Shown here piece by piece: positions 7,414-17,362 of a DNA stretch of 64,000 bases (position 1 is the first letter of the stretch; each line of letters starts with the position of its first letter). Below the pieces are notes generated by a model that was not told where the DNA came from, made no database searches, and saw nothing but the letters and a program-made list of their open reading frames with translations. The position numbers and the translations under genes are program-made. The stretch is from a virus (lineage: Duplodnaviria; Caudoviricetes), in IMG/VR virus record IMGVR_UViG_2854208954_000001, positions 1 to 64,000 of that record; one strand, 5' to 3'.

Positions 7414-9659
7414 TTAAACTAACTATTTATACGGCAGACTGTACTCACAGTCTGTCTAATTGCATTTATCCTAATAAACATATTATCACAGATGAAACAT
7501 CTATGAAAGAGGCAATGAAATATGACCATGTCACGGCAGAATATAAGGATAACTATCGCAGTAATTCCAATTTTATCAGTGCTGATAATGTTCCTCTCGA
7601 TTGTGACAATGACCACAGTGATAATCTTGATGATTGGATTACACCTTTTGAAGTTGCTATGGCTTTCCCTGATGTTGCTTTTGTTGCTGTTTACAGTAAA
7701 AGTCATATGAAAGTAAAAGACGGCAGGTCTGCTCGTCCAAGATTTCATGTGTACTTTTCTATACCTAAAATGACAGACTCTAGAGAATACACGCTCCTTA
7801 AGAAAAGGATAGTTTCTTCTTTTCCCTACTTTGATAGTAACGCACTGGACAGTGCAAGACTGCTCTTTGGTGTGGCAGAACCACAGGTAGAATTCTATGG
7901 CGGCAGCAATAACATCGTAGATTATCTTGATGATAAGGATTTCGAGAGTTGGGATAATCAGCAGAGTGAAATTCCGCAGGGTAAAAGGAACAGCACAATG
8001 TCACATTATGCGGGAAGAATCATCAAACGCTACGGTGATACCGACGAGGCTTATAAGTTGTATTTACAGAAAGCAGAAAAATGCAATCCTCCTCTTGCTG
8101 ATGAAGAACTGAAAATTATATGGAACAGTGCTTTAAAGTTCGGTGAAAAGGTTTCCTCACAGGCAGGATATATTCCGCCCGAACAGTACAATGCAAACTT
8201 AAAACTGAAACCGGAAGATTACTCGGATGTAGGACAGGCAGTTGTGCTTGCAAGAGAATACAATGAAAGTTTAAGGTATTCACCATCAACGGGTTACCTT
8301 GTTTACAACGGCAGTTTTTGGGAAGAATCTGACCCGTTGTCACAGGCTGTGGCACAGGAGCTTACCACAAGACAACTTGCCGAGGCGGAAACAGAGATAA
8401 ATAAAAGGCTCAAAGAAATGGAGCAAAACGGTGCTTTTGAAATTCTTGCACAGATGGGTGCTAAAAAAGCAGTATCTGCTTTCAACAAATTGCAGGCACA
8501 CTCCTATGAAATGTATGAGGATGCATTAATTTACAAGAAATATGCAATTAAACGCAGAGATTCAAAGTACATTTCTTCTGCACTCAAGGAAGTCAGACCT
8601 ATGGTGTGTATTACGCAGGACCTTTTGGATAAGAACGAATTTTTGCTCAACACACCAAGCGGTACATATGACCTTCGCAAAGGGACAGACGAAATACAGG
8701 AGCACAATAACTTTGACTATATTACAAAGCAAACAGCAGTCAATGCCGATAAGGTGGGTACTGATTTATGGGAGAATGCACTCGATACCTTCTTCTGCAA
8801 TGACAATGACCTTATTGAGTATGTGCAGAGAATAGTAGGCCTTTCAGCTATCGGCAAGGTATATGTTGAGGCTCTGATTATTGCCTACGGAGAAGGTCGA
8901 AATGGAAAATCTACATTTTGGAATGTAGTATCCCGTGTGCTTGGTACTTACAGCGGTAATATTTCTGCCGATGTACTGACGGTTGGGTGTAAAAGGAATG
9001 TGAAACCCGAGCTTGCCGAGGCAAAAGGAAAAAGACTGCTTATTGCAGCGGAATTAGAAGAAGGTATGCGACTTAATACCTCAAATGTAAAGCAGCTTTG
9101 CTCTACTGATGAAATATATGCTGAAAAGAAATACAAAGCACCATTTTCATATATTCCGAGCCACACACTCGTGCTTTACACAAACCACCTGCCAAAGGTC
9201 GGTGCTATTGATAAAGGTACATGGCGAAGACTGATTGTAATTCCCTTTGAGGCGAAAATTGAAGGCAGTAACGATGTGAAAAATTTTGCTGACTATCTAT
9301 TTGAGAACGCAGGCAGTGCTGTTTTATCCTGGATTATTGAGGGTGCAAAAAAAGTCATTGAGGAGAACTACCATATCGAACCGCCACAGAAAGTAAAGGA
9401 TGCAATTCGCAAGTACAAGGAAAACAATGACTGGATGTCGCATTTTCTTTCGGAGTGTTGTGAGGTTGATGAAAACTATACGGCCAAATCCGGTGAAGTG
9501 TATAACGCATATCGTTCCTATTGCACACAGGTGGGTGACTTTATTCGCAGTACGGCTGATTTTTACACTGCCTTGGAAAGCAGCGGTTTCGACCATAAAA
9601 AGACAAGGGATTGTAACCTTATTATCGGTTTGAGATTAAAGTCAGAATTCCTTGAATAA
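7410..9659 (+). CDS. P4-family primase/SF3 helicase
   Basis: PriCT-like GKRNSTM region, Walker A GEGRNGKST, YTNHLP, GTWRRLIVIPF. Confidence 0.93.
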   Translation: MIKLTIYTADCTHSLSNCIYPNKHIITDETSMKEAMKYDHVTAEYKDNYRSNSNFISADNVPLDCDNDHSDNLDDWITPFEVAMAFPDVAFVAVYSKSHMKVKDGRSARPRFHVYFSIPKMTDSREYTLLKKRIVSSFPYFDSNALDSARLLFGVAEPQVEFYGGSNNIVDYLDDKDFESWDNQQSEIPQGKRNSTMSHYAGRIIKRYGDTDEAYKLYLQKAEKCNPPLADEELKIIWNSALKFGEKVSSQAGYIPPEQYNANLKLKPEDYSDVGQAVVLAREYNESLRYSPSTGYLVYNGSFWEESDPLSQAVAQELTTRQLAEAETEINKRLKEMEQNGAFEILAQMGAKKAVSAFNKLQAHSYEMYEDALIYKKYAIKRRDSKYISSALKEVRPMVCITQDLLDKNEFLLNTPSGTYDLRKGTDEIQEHNNFDYITKQTAVNADKVGTDLWENALDTFFCNDNDLIEYVQRIVGLSAIGKVYVEALIIAYGEGRNGKSTFWNVVSRVLGTYSGNISADVLTVGCKRNVKPELAEAKGKRLLIAAELEEGMRLNTSNVKQLCSTDEIYAEKKYKAPFSYIPSHTLVLYTNHLPKVGAIDKGTWRRLIVIPFEAKIEGSNDVKNFADYLFENAGSAVLSWIIEGAKKVIEENYHIEPPQKVKDAIRKYKENNDWMSHFLSECCEVDENYTAKSGEVYNAYRSYCTQVGDFIRSTADFYTALESSGFDHKKTRDCNLIIGLRLKSEFLE

Positions 9660-9675
9660 AAGCGTTTTTCTTTTA

Positions 9676-9774
9676 ATGTGGAAGTCTATGGATGTCTTTT
9701 CTATAACTTCTCTTAAAGAGATAAAATAAATGTATATATAAAATTACGGAAATACACTCCATAGACCTCCACAT
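9676..9774. promoter_or_regulatory. Candidate replication origin: 17-bp inverted repeat around an AT-rich core
   Basis: ATGTGGAAGTCTATGGA versus TCCATAGACCTCCACAT (16/17 match), right after the primase gene. Confidence 0.5.
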
Positions 9775-9781
9775 ATCACAT

Positions 9782-10081
9782 TTGATGGAGGTTGCACGAT
9801 TGAAAGAAAAGATAACAGAAGAAAAATTGGTAATAGCAGTAAAGCAAATGGGCGGCATCTGTCCTAAATTTGTATCTCCCGGCTTTGACGGAATGCCGGA
9901 CAGGCTTGTGCTGTTGCCTTTCGGGAAAATTGCCTTTGTTGAAGTAAAAGCACCGAACAAAAAACCTCGCCCTTTGCAAAAGGCAAGGCATAGATTACTT
10001 AAAAAACTCGGTTTCAAGGTGTATGTGCTTGATGATGCAGAACAGATTGGAGGGATAATTGATGAAATACGAACCGCATAG
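9782..10081 (+). CDS. VRR-NUC domain nuclease
   Basis: GMPDRLVL...AFVEVKAP..KPRPLQ. Confidence 0.92.
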   Translation: MMEVARLKEKITEEKLVIAVKQMGGICPKFVSPGFDGMPDRLVLLPFGKIAFVEVKAPNKKPRPLQKARHRLLKKLGFKVYVLDDAEQIGGIIDEIRTA

Positions 10082-11432
10082 CTATCAGAAATATGCTATT
10101 GAATATTTGAAGTCACACCCTGTTTCAGCTTTGTTTTTGGATTGCGGTTTAGGAAAAACTTCAATCACGCTGTCTGCAGTAAACGAGCTGTTGTTTGACA
10201 GTTTCGAAGTGCGTAAGGTACTTGTTATAGCACCTGTACGTGTTGCAAAATTTTCATGGCCTGACGAGATAAAGAAATGGGATCACCTTTCAGAACTGAG
10301 ATACTCATTAGCTGTTGGTACAGAGGAACAACGAATTGCGGCGCTTAATGCAGATGCAGACATCTACATAATCAACCGAGAAAATATTCAATGGCTTGTT
10401 GAGAAAAGCGGCATTTCCTTTAACTTTGATATGCTTGTAATAGACGAGCTTTCATCATTCAAAAATCATCAGACAAAACGCTTTAAAGCACTGATGAAGG
10501 TAAGACCAAAGGTGAAACGCATAGTCGGCTTAACAGGCACTCCGTCATCAAACGGACTTATGGATTTATTTGCAGAATTTAAAATTCTTGATATGGGAGA
10601 GCGACTTGGGAGATTTATCGGACAGTACAGAAATAAGTATTTCAAACCAGACAAGATGAACGGACAGGTTATTTATTCATACAAGCCTTTACCGTATGCA
10701 GAACAAGCCATATATGAAAAAATCTCCAACATTACAGTTTCAATGAAAGCCAATGAATATCTGAAAATGCCGGAGCTTGTAGTCAGTAATTATGAGGTTG
10801 AGTTACTGGACAAAGAGAAAAAGCACTATGACGAAATGAAGAAAAATTTAGTCCTTGAAATTGCAGAGGGAGAAATCACTGCATCAAATGCCGCATCACT
10901 TTCAAATAAGCTATGCCAGATGTCAAACGGTGCTATTTACGATGATAAGCAGAACATCATTGAAATTCACAGTCGAAAGCTTGACGCACTTGAGGACATT
11001 ATCGAAAGTATGAACGGAAAACCTCTTTTAGTGGAATATTGGTACAAACACGATTTTGAGCGAATTGCAGAACGGCTTAAAAGTCTGCATATTCCGTTTT
11101 CAAAACTTGATACAGATACAAGTATCAGCAAATGGAATAAAGGCGAAATCCCGGTAGCACTTATACACCCTGCAAGTGCAGGTCACGGACTTAATCTTCA
11201 AAGCGGAGGTTCAATACTTGTGTGGTTCAGCTTAACCTGGAGTCTTGAACTGTATCAGCAGACAAATGCAAGGCTGTACCGTCAAGGTCAGAAAAACACC
11301 GTTGTAATTCAGCACATAATCGCAAAAGGCACTATTGATGAGCAGATTTTGAAAGCACTTCAGCGAAAGGATAAAACACAGTCGGATTTGATAGATGCCG
11401 TTAAGGCAGATTTGGGAGGTTTTCTAAAATGA
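10059..11432 (+). CDS. SNF2-like phage helicase
   Basis: LDCGLGKT, VIDELS, GLTGTP, HGLNLQ, QTNARLYRQGQ. Confidence 0.93.
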   Translation: MMKYEPHSYQKYAIEYLKSHPVSALFLDCGLGKTSITLSAVNELLFDSFEVRKVLVIAPVRVAKFSWPDEIKKWDHLSELRYSLAVGTEEQRIAALNADADIYIINRENIQWLVEKSGISFNFDMLVIDELSSFKNHQTKRFKALMKVRPKVKRIVGLTGTPSSNGLMDLFAEFKILDMGERLGRFIGQYRNKYFKPDKMNGQVIYSYKPLPYAEQAIYEKISNITVSMKANEYLKMPELVVSNYEVELLDKEKKHYDEMKKNLVLEIAEGEITASNAASLSNKLCQMSNGAIYDDKQNIIEIHSRKLDALEDIIESMNGKPLLVEYWYKHDFERIAERLKSLHIPFSKLDTDTSISKWNKGEIPVALIHPASAGHGLNLQSGGSILVWFSLTWSLELYQQTNARLYRQGQKNTVVIQHIIAKGTIDEQILKALQRKDKTQSDLIDAVKADLGGFLK

Positions 11433-11839
11433 CGGCAAAGGAATATTTAAGTCAGGCATATCACCTTGACAAGAGAATAGACTCAAAGATTGAACAGTTG
11501 AAAGCACTCAATCTTCTTGCAACAAAATGCACATCTACATTATCGGATATGCCGAAAAGTCAAAGCATCAGTAACTCCCGTTTAGAGGATACTGTTGTAA
11601 AGATTGTTGATTTGCAGGAAGAAATCAACAGGGACATAGACAGACTTGTGGATTTAAAGCGTGATATTGTGAGGACAATAAAAATGGTTAAAAAGCCTGA
11701 ATATCAGATACTTCTTGAACTGCGATATTTATGCTTTAAAACCTGGGAGGAAATTGCGGTTAAGATGAATTGCAGTATTGACAATGTGTTTAAGATGAGG
11801 AATAAAGCCTTAAAAATTTTTGAAATTCCTGAAAGTTGA
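11429..11839 (+). CDS. DUF1492/RinA/ArpU-like late transcriptional regulator
   Basis: MTAKEYLSQAY...LELRYLCFKTWEEIAVKM; sits before the packaging genes. Confidence 0.8.
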   Translation: MTAKEYLSQAYHLDKRIDSKIEQLKALNLLATKCTSTLSDMPKSQSISNSRLEDTVVKIVDLQEEINRDIDRLVDLKRDIVRTIKMVKKPEYQILLELRYLCFKTWEEIAVKMNCSIDNVFKMRNKALKIFEIPES

Positions 11840-11960
11840 CAGTAAATTCCATAGAACTACAGTATGAACATCTGCTATAATATAAACAGTGAAATAGACT
11901 TTGAAAGCCTTGTGGAGAAATCCGCAGGGCTTTTCTTATGCCAAAAAGGAGGTGTGACAC

Positions 11961-12320
11961 TTGCCCAAAAAACCGAAAAGGCCTTGTGCTTTCCCGGGAT
12001 GTCCCAACCTTACTGACAAACAATATTGTGAACGGCACGAGAAAGAACAGAACAGACGCTACAACAAATATGAACGCAGAGCTGATGTAAACATCAGGTA
12101 CGGCAGAGCATGGCGAAAGGTTCGTGAGCGTTATGTTTCAGCTCACCCGTTGTGTGAGAGGTGCCTTGAGGAAGATAGAATCACTCCTGTTGATGAAGTG
12201 CATCATATTATTCCTGTTTCTCAAGGCGGAACGAATGAGGAAAGCAATCTGATGTCACTTTGTAAAAGCTGTCACAATAAAATTCACCTTGAAATCGGTG
12301 ACAGACAAATAAGACGGTGA
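11961..12320 (+). CDS. HNH endonuclease (packaging-associated)
   Basis: PLCERC, EVHHII, NLMSLCKSCHNKIH. Confidence 0.93.
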   Translation: MPKKPKRPCAFPGCPNLTDKQYCERHEKEQNRRYNKYERRADVNIRYGRAWRKVRERYVSAHPLCERCLEEDRITPVDEVHHIIPVSQGGTNEESNLMSLCKSCHNKIHLEIGDRQIRR

Positions 12321-12428
12321 CCGGTAGGGGGTAAAAATCTCTACAGCCTTCATCTCGGACAACGGCCCGGGGTGTCACACACGAAAAAAGCGAAATCAAA
12401 CGGGGTATTACCCTACGGAGGTGATTGT

Positions 12429-12980
12429 ATGGCGAAAGACGGCACAGCAAGAGGCGGTGCGAGAGCCGGGAGCGGCAGAAAATCCAAGGCTTTGAAAGAA
12501 AAACTTGATAGCGGAAATCCCGGTGGCAGAAAGCTGACAGTAATGGAACTGCCTGCTGAGTCGGATTTAAGCGGTGAGGATATGCCCGAGCCTAAAAGCT
12601 ATATGCTGGACAGACAGAAAAACGGCGGTGACCTTGATGCAGAAGATGTGTTCAGAGAAACCTGGCTGTGGCTTAAGGAGCGTGGCTGTGAAAACCTGGT
12701 AAGTACTCAACTTGTGCGAAATTATGCCATGAGCGTTTCAAGATGGATTCAGTGCGAACACGCTATCTCGGAATACGGCTTTCTTGCAAAGCACCCTACA
12801 ACAGGTCAGGCAATAGCAAGTCCGTATGTCAGTATGAGTCAGAACTATATGAAACAGGTAAACAATCTGTGGTATCAGATTTTTCAGATAGTAAAGGAAA
12901 ACTGCTCGGCAGATTTTTCGGGTGCAACACCGCAGGACGATGTTATGGAGAGATTATTACGCTCTCGGAGAGGAAACTGA
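12429..12980 (+). CDS. terS: Terminase small subunit (P27 family)
   Basis: GGARAGSGRK, HPTTGQAIASPYV; start at ATG 12429 after GGAGGTG. Confidence 0.88.
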   Translation: MAKDGTARGGARAGSGRKSKALKEKLDSGNPGGRKLTVMELPAESDLSGEDMPEPKSYMLDRQKNGGDLDAEDVFRETWLWLKERGCENLVSTQLVRNYAMSVSRWIQCEHAISEYGFLAKHPTTGQAIASPYVSMSQNYMKQVNNLWYQIFQIVKENCSADFSGATPQDDVMERLLRSRRGN

Positions 12981-12981
12981 T

Positions 12982-13173
12982 ATGAATTTCAGATTAAACA
13001 GATTTATGAAAAAGCTTAAAAACAGCAGACCAAATCTTACAAAGCAACAGTACCGCACAATCAAAGGTCAGGCTCTGTCGGGAGATATTGACGGTGCAGA
13101 GAAAGGTCTGAACTCACTTTTGAGGAGGTGTGTATATGAACACAACAACAGAAATGCAGCTTGTTCCCGTTGA
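12982..13173 (+). CDS. Small hypothetical phage protein
   Basis: MNFRLNRF...QQYRTIKGQALSGDIDGAEKGL; RBS GGAGAGG. Confidence 0.65.
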   Translation: MNFRLNRFMKKLKNSRPNLTKQQYRTIKGQALSGDIDGAEKGLNSLLRRCVYEHNNRNAACSR

Positions 13174-14383
13174 AAAGCTGATACCATATATCAACAATGC
13201 ACGAACACATAGCGAGGAGCAAATAAAGAAACTGCGCTCATCACTGCGTGAGTTCGGCTTTATCAATCCTGTAATCATCGACAGAGATTTCAATGTCATA
13301 GCCGGACACGGAAGAATTTTAGCTGCAAAGGCTGAAAACATTTCAGAAGTTCCTTGTGTGTTTGTAGATTATCTCTCCCCTGCTTAAAAGAAAGCCTATA
13401 TACTGGCAGACAACCGTATGGCTATGGACGCCGGCTGGGACGAAGAACTCCTGAGAGTTGAAATTGAGTCCTTACAGGGTGCTGATTTTGATATCGGTCT
13501 TACGGGATTTGATGAAACAGAAATCGCAGAGCTTTTTGCCGATGATAACGATGATGTAAAAGATGATGATTTTGATGTGGATGGTGAACTAGAAAAACCG
13601 CCTGTAACAAAAAGCGGTGACCTGTGGCTGCTCGGCAATCACAGACTTATCTGCGGTGACAGTACAAAGGAAGAAACCTACACTCGCCTTATGGACGGTA
13701 AGAAAGCAAACCTTGTTGTTACTGACCCACCGTACAATGTCAACTACGAGGGCAGTGCAGGAAAAATCAAGAATGATAACCTTGAAAACGATAAGTTCTA
13801 TCAGTTCTTGCTTGATGCCTTTCAGAATACTGAAAAAGCTATGGCAGATGATGCGAGCATCTATGTTTTCCACGCAGATACAGAAGGACTAAATTTCAGA
13901 AAAGCATTTTCAGACGCAGGCTTTTATCTTTCCGGAACTTGTATCTGGAAAAAGCAAAGCCTTGTACTTGGCAGAAGTCCGTATCAGTGGCAGCACGAGC
14001 CTGTTCTGTTCGGTTGGAAGAAGAACGGCAAACACAAGTGGTACTCCGACAGAAAGCAGACCACAATATGGGAGTTTGACAAACCGAAGAAAAACGGCGA
14101 CCACCCCACAATGAAGCCTGTTCCGCTGATTGCATATCCGATTAAAAATTCAAGTACGACAAACTGCATCGTACTTGATCCCTTCGGCGGCAGCGGAAGT
14201 ACACTTATAGCCTGTGAGCAGACAAATAGAATCTGCTACACATCAGAGCTTGATGAAAAATACTGCGATGTAATCGTGAAAAGATATATTGAACAGGTTG
14301 GCACAACGGAGAATGTGTATGTAATGCGTGACGGTCAAAAAATCAAGTTTGATGATTTGGAGGTTAATGCTGATGAACAGTAA
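13136..14383 (+). pseudogene. ParB-N + N4/N6 DNA methyltransferase interrupted by in-frame TAA at 13385-13387
   Basis: Both ORFs share a frame: YLSPA*KKAYILADNRMAMDAGWD; DPPY and DPFGGSGST motifs intact. Confidence 0.85.
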
Positions 14384-16601
14384 GGCATTAACCCTTGGCA
14401 GTCTGTTTGACGGTTCAGGAGGGTTTCCGTTAGGAGGACTTCTTTCCGGTATTACACCTGTGTGGGCATCGGAAATAGAGCCGTTCCCAATTCGTGTGAC
14501 AACGAAAAGACTGCCGCAGATGAAACACTACGGTGATGTATCAAAATTAAACGGAACAGAACTTCCACCTATTGATATTATCACATTCGGAAGTCCTTGC
14601 CAGGATATGAGCGTTGCAGGGAAAAGAGCCGGTCTGTCGGGAGCAAGAAGTAACCTCTTTTATGAGGCGGTAAGAATTGTAAAGGAAATGAGGTGTGAAA
14701 CGAATGGCGAATATCCAAGATTTGTGGTGTGGGAAAATGTCCCAGGAGCATTCTCGTCAAACAAGGGCGAAGACTTCAAGGCAGTCCTCGAAGAAATCTG
14801 TAAAATCAAAGACGATACATTATCTGTATCTCAACCTGAAAGCGGAAAGTGGACAAACGCAGGAGAAATCGTGGGAGATGCGTTCTCCGTTGCGTGGCGA
14901 GTGTTTGACGCTCAATATTGGGGAGTCCCCCAACGAAGAAAACGCATCTACCTTGTCGCAGATTTTGCAGGAGAATGTGCCGGAGAAATACTATTTGAGC
15001 AAAAAAGCCTGTCAGGGGATTCTCCGCAGAGCATCGGCACGAGGAAAACAACTACCACCGATGTTAAAGATTGCATTGGAGCAACAGGCTTTGACGGATA
15101 CAATGGTCAGCTGACAGGAGATGTATCCTCGACAATCGGTGTGAACTGCGGAATGTCCACAGGCAGAAACGGTATAGTTCTCAACGACCAGGGCGGCAAC
15201 AGAATGGATATTACCGAAGATGTGACCTGCACACTCCGTGCCGAGGCACACCACTCACCTTGTGTGTTGGAGTCGGCAGGCTTTTGCACGGAACATTCTG
15301 CAAAGAGCCGCGGCATAGGTTATGAGGAAGAAACCTCACCTACGATTCGTGCCGGTACAGTTCCGGCAGCTGTGATGTTTGAAAACCACAGTCAGGATAC
15401 AAGATACACAGGACCCGTTGAGAAAGCTCCCACAGTTCTTTCAACCTACGGCACTGGTGGGAACAATCAGCCGTTTGTAATTGAAACACCAAAGACACTT
15501 AAAATCAGAAGTGGCTGTGACGGTGGCGGAAAGGGTGCTTTAGTTCAGGACAATAAGTCTGCTACTCTGTCCTGCAACAATGACCAGACGGTATTTGTAC
15601 CGCAAGCCTACGGCATCTGCTCAAAGGACAGCAATTCAATGAAGTCAGATAATCCGAACAGTGGTTTTTACAAGGCGGAAACTTCACGAACACTTGATTT
15701 AAACGGAGGAAATCCCTCTTGTAATCAAGGCGGTATTGCTGTTGTTTGTGTAGATCAGGGTGGTGGAAAATCATCTTGTAGCATTACAGAAAACTACTCA
15801 CCAACACTCACTTGCACACACGGAGGAGAACCTGCAGTCTGTTTACAAGGTTCAATGATTGGAAGAAAAGATGAGAACGGTCCACAGGGTGACGGTATAA
15901 ACGAAGATGTCAGCTTTACCCTTAATGCAACGGACAAACATGCGGTTGCCTATGGGATTGACCGTTCAGCTTTTAATCAAGGGCAAAACGCAAAGTACGG
16001 CTTTGCCGTTGAAACGGAAAAACAGCCGACAATGGTTGCAAAAGGCCCGGGTGCTGTTGCTGCTCCTACATACAGTTCGAGCAAAGCGTCTTTCTTTACG
16101 AAAGTTCAAGAAGAAAAAGCAAATACACTGGTTGCTACCGATTACAAAGACCCACCTATCGTAAATGATAATTCAAGCTACGGCTTTTATCCGCAGATGA
16201 AAGCGGAATGTATTACCTTTACAAAAGAAAAAAGCGGATGCATTGTAAACGGAACAAATCCGGGATTTCAGAACGGAGTCCTTGAATCAAGCTATATCGT
16301 GAGAAGATTAACACCAACGGAATGCGCCAGACTGCAAGGCTTTCCCGATTGGTGGTGCAGTAACCTGGAAACGGAAAACCCCACAGATGAAGAACTTGAT
16401 TTTTGGAGAGATGTTTTCAGAACCTATACCGAGATTAACGGCACAAAAGTTAAATCTGACAAACAGATAATCAAGTGGCTGAAAAATCCTCATTCTGATT
16501 CAGCCGAGTACAAAATGTGGGGCAACGGAGTGGCACTCCCTTGCGTTTGTTTTGTACTTTCAAGGATTGCAAGCCTTAACAAAACTATATCTACGGATTG
16601 A
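14373..16601 (+). CDS. Phage C5 DNA methyltransferase with a long multi-module TRD region
   Basis: LFDGSGG, GSPCQD, ENVPG, PQRRKRIY, RRLTPTECARLQGFPD, GNGVALP. Confidence 0.95.
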   Translation: MNSKALTLGSLFDGSGGFPLGGLLSGITPVWASEIEPFPIRVTTKRLPQMKHYGDVSKLNGTELPPIDIITFGSPCQDMSVAGKRAGLSGARSNLFYEAVRIVKEMRCETNGEYPRFVVWENVPGAFSSNKGEDFKAVLEEICKIKDDTLSVSQPESGKWTNAGEIVGDAFSVAWRVFDAQYWGVPQRRKRIYLVADFAGECAGEILFEQKSLSGDSPQSIGTRKTTTTDVKDCIGATGFDGYNGQLTGDVSSTIGVNCGMSTGRNGIVLNDQGGNRMDITEDVTCTLRAEAHHSPCVLESAGFCTEHSAKSRGIGYEEETSPTIRAGTVPAAVMFENHSQDTRYTGPVEKAPTVLSTYGTGGNNQPFVIETPKTLKIRSGCDGGGKGALVQDNKSATLSCNNDQTVFVPQAYGICSKDSNSMKSDNPNSGFYKAETSRTLDLNGGNPSCNQGGIAVVCVDQGGGKSSCSITENYSPTLTCTHGGEPAVCLQGSMIGRKDENGPQGDGINEDVSFTLNATDKHAVAYGIDRSAFNQGQNAKYGFAVETEKQPTMVAKGPGAVAAPTYSSSKASFFTKVQEEKANTLVATDYKDPPIVNDNSSYGFYPQMKAECITFTKEKSGCIVNGTNPGFQNGVLESSYIVRRLTPTECARLQGFPDWWCSNLETENPTDEELDFWRDVFRTYTEINGTKVKSDKQIIKWLKNPHSDSAEYKMWGNGVALPCVCFVLSRIASLNKTISTD
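14704..15114 (+). CDS. Overlapping +1-frame gene inside the C5 MTase (EcoHK31I-beta-like polypeptide)
   Basis: GAGGTG RBS 8 nt before ATG 14704; protein-like STLSQILQENVPEKYYLSKKACQGILRRASARGKQLP. Confidence 0.7.
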   Translation: MANIQDLWCGKMSQEHSRQTRAKTSRQSSKKSVKSKTIHYLYLNLKAESGQTQEKSWEMRSPLRGECLTLNIGESPNEENASTLSQILQENVPEKYYLSKKACQGILRRASARGKQLPPMLKIALEQQALTDTMVS

Positions 16602-16887
16602 TAACATAATCGTCAGTACCTTCAATATATTTTTCATAGTCAATACGGATAGCTGTGTTACCGCCGTAGTGATAGCACATTCTGCCTGCCCAACCGAGGA
16701 AACATATCGTTTCGTCAGAATTAAGTGCCATAATATCATCTGCATATCGTTCTATGGGTTTCACCTTATCTCCGAAGGTAATGCCCTCACGCTCGGCATC
16801 GCTCATAAAGCGAGCTTCGATAGCTTTGTTTTTCAGAAAGATATACACCTTCTTTTCCGGATTGATGAGTTGTCTGATTGTACGCAT
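16591..16887 (-). CDS. Hypothetical 98-aa protein, antisense to the late operon
   Basis: AAAGGAG RBS; own structured leader upstream. Confidence 0.75.
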   Translation of the reverse strand: MRTIRQLINPEKKVYIFLKNKAIEARFMSDAEREGITFGDKVKPIERYADDIMALNSDETICFLGWAGRMCYHYGGNTAIRIDYEKYIEGTDDYVINP

Positions 16888-16928
16888 AAAAAATACGCTC
16901 CTTTCATTAGTTTCCTAAAAAAGAGCGT

Positions 16929-16959
16929 AAAAAACAATCCCATCGTTCCGACAGGATTG
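16929..16959 (-). terminator. Intrinsic terminator in the leader of 16591-16887
   Basis: Minus strand CAATCC...GGATTG followed by a U6 tract. Confidence 0.7.
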
Positions 16960-16980
16960 CAAAAATCTTTATAACCCTAT

Positions 16981-17040
16981 CGGTCAAGCTTTAGCACCTT
17001 ACCTTTTGGCAGGTTGCTGTGCGGTCAACGAGCTTGTCTC
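16981..17040 (-). ncRNA. c-di-GMP-I-like riboswitch candidate (variant)
   Basis: Minus strand CGCACAGCAACC-UGCC-AAAA-GGUA-AGGUGCUAAAGC resembles GGCAAACC..GAAA..GGGACGCAAAGC; terminator downstream; P3 not convincing. Confidence 0.35.
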
Positions 17041-17102
17041 TCACGCACTCTTTATAGGCTATTTTTAAATTAACACAACAATACAGAATTGTCAAGCAAA
17101 AA

Positions 17103-17278
17103 TTAGTCCTTATCCACTTCAATCTCGCCGTGATTTTCCTCAAAGGCTTTTACCCTCTGCTTAATATACTGCTCAATCTCACGGTTTGCTGAACGGCCTC
17201 GTAGTCTGCAATATATCTGAACTTTTGAAAAAGCGTTCGGTTTACTCTGAGTGTGTATCTTAAAATGTTATCGTCCAT
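17103..17278 (-). pseudogene. Arc/ribbon-helix-helix DNA-binding protein with a 1-nt frameshift near 17198
   Basis: MDDNILRYTLRVNRTLFQKFRYIADYE then, in the shifted frame, GRSANREIEQYIKQRVKAFEENHGEIEVDKD*; not in the ORF track. Confidence 0.75.
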
Positions 17279-17300
17279 AATCAAATCTCCTCGATGTTAT

Positions 17301-17362
17301 TATGACATCATTTTAACGCAATTATTGCACCATAACGAAAATGGTGGTATTATGATGTCATA
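17301..17362. promoter_or_regulatory. Perfect 11-bp inverted repeat, putative RHH operator
   Basis: TATGACATCAT (17301) and ATGATGTCATA (17352) between the divergent genes. Confidence 0.65.

Noticed and set aside
12320-12428. GC-rich stretch between HNH and terS as the cos site
   Set aside because: The position is plausible but no cut site can be defined without virion-end sequencing.
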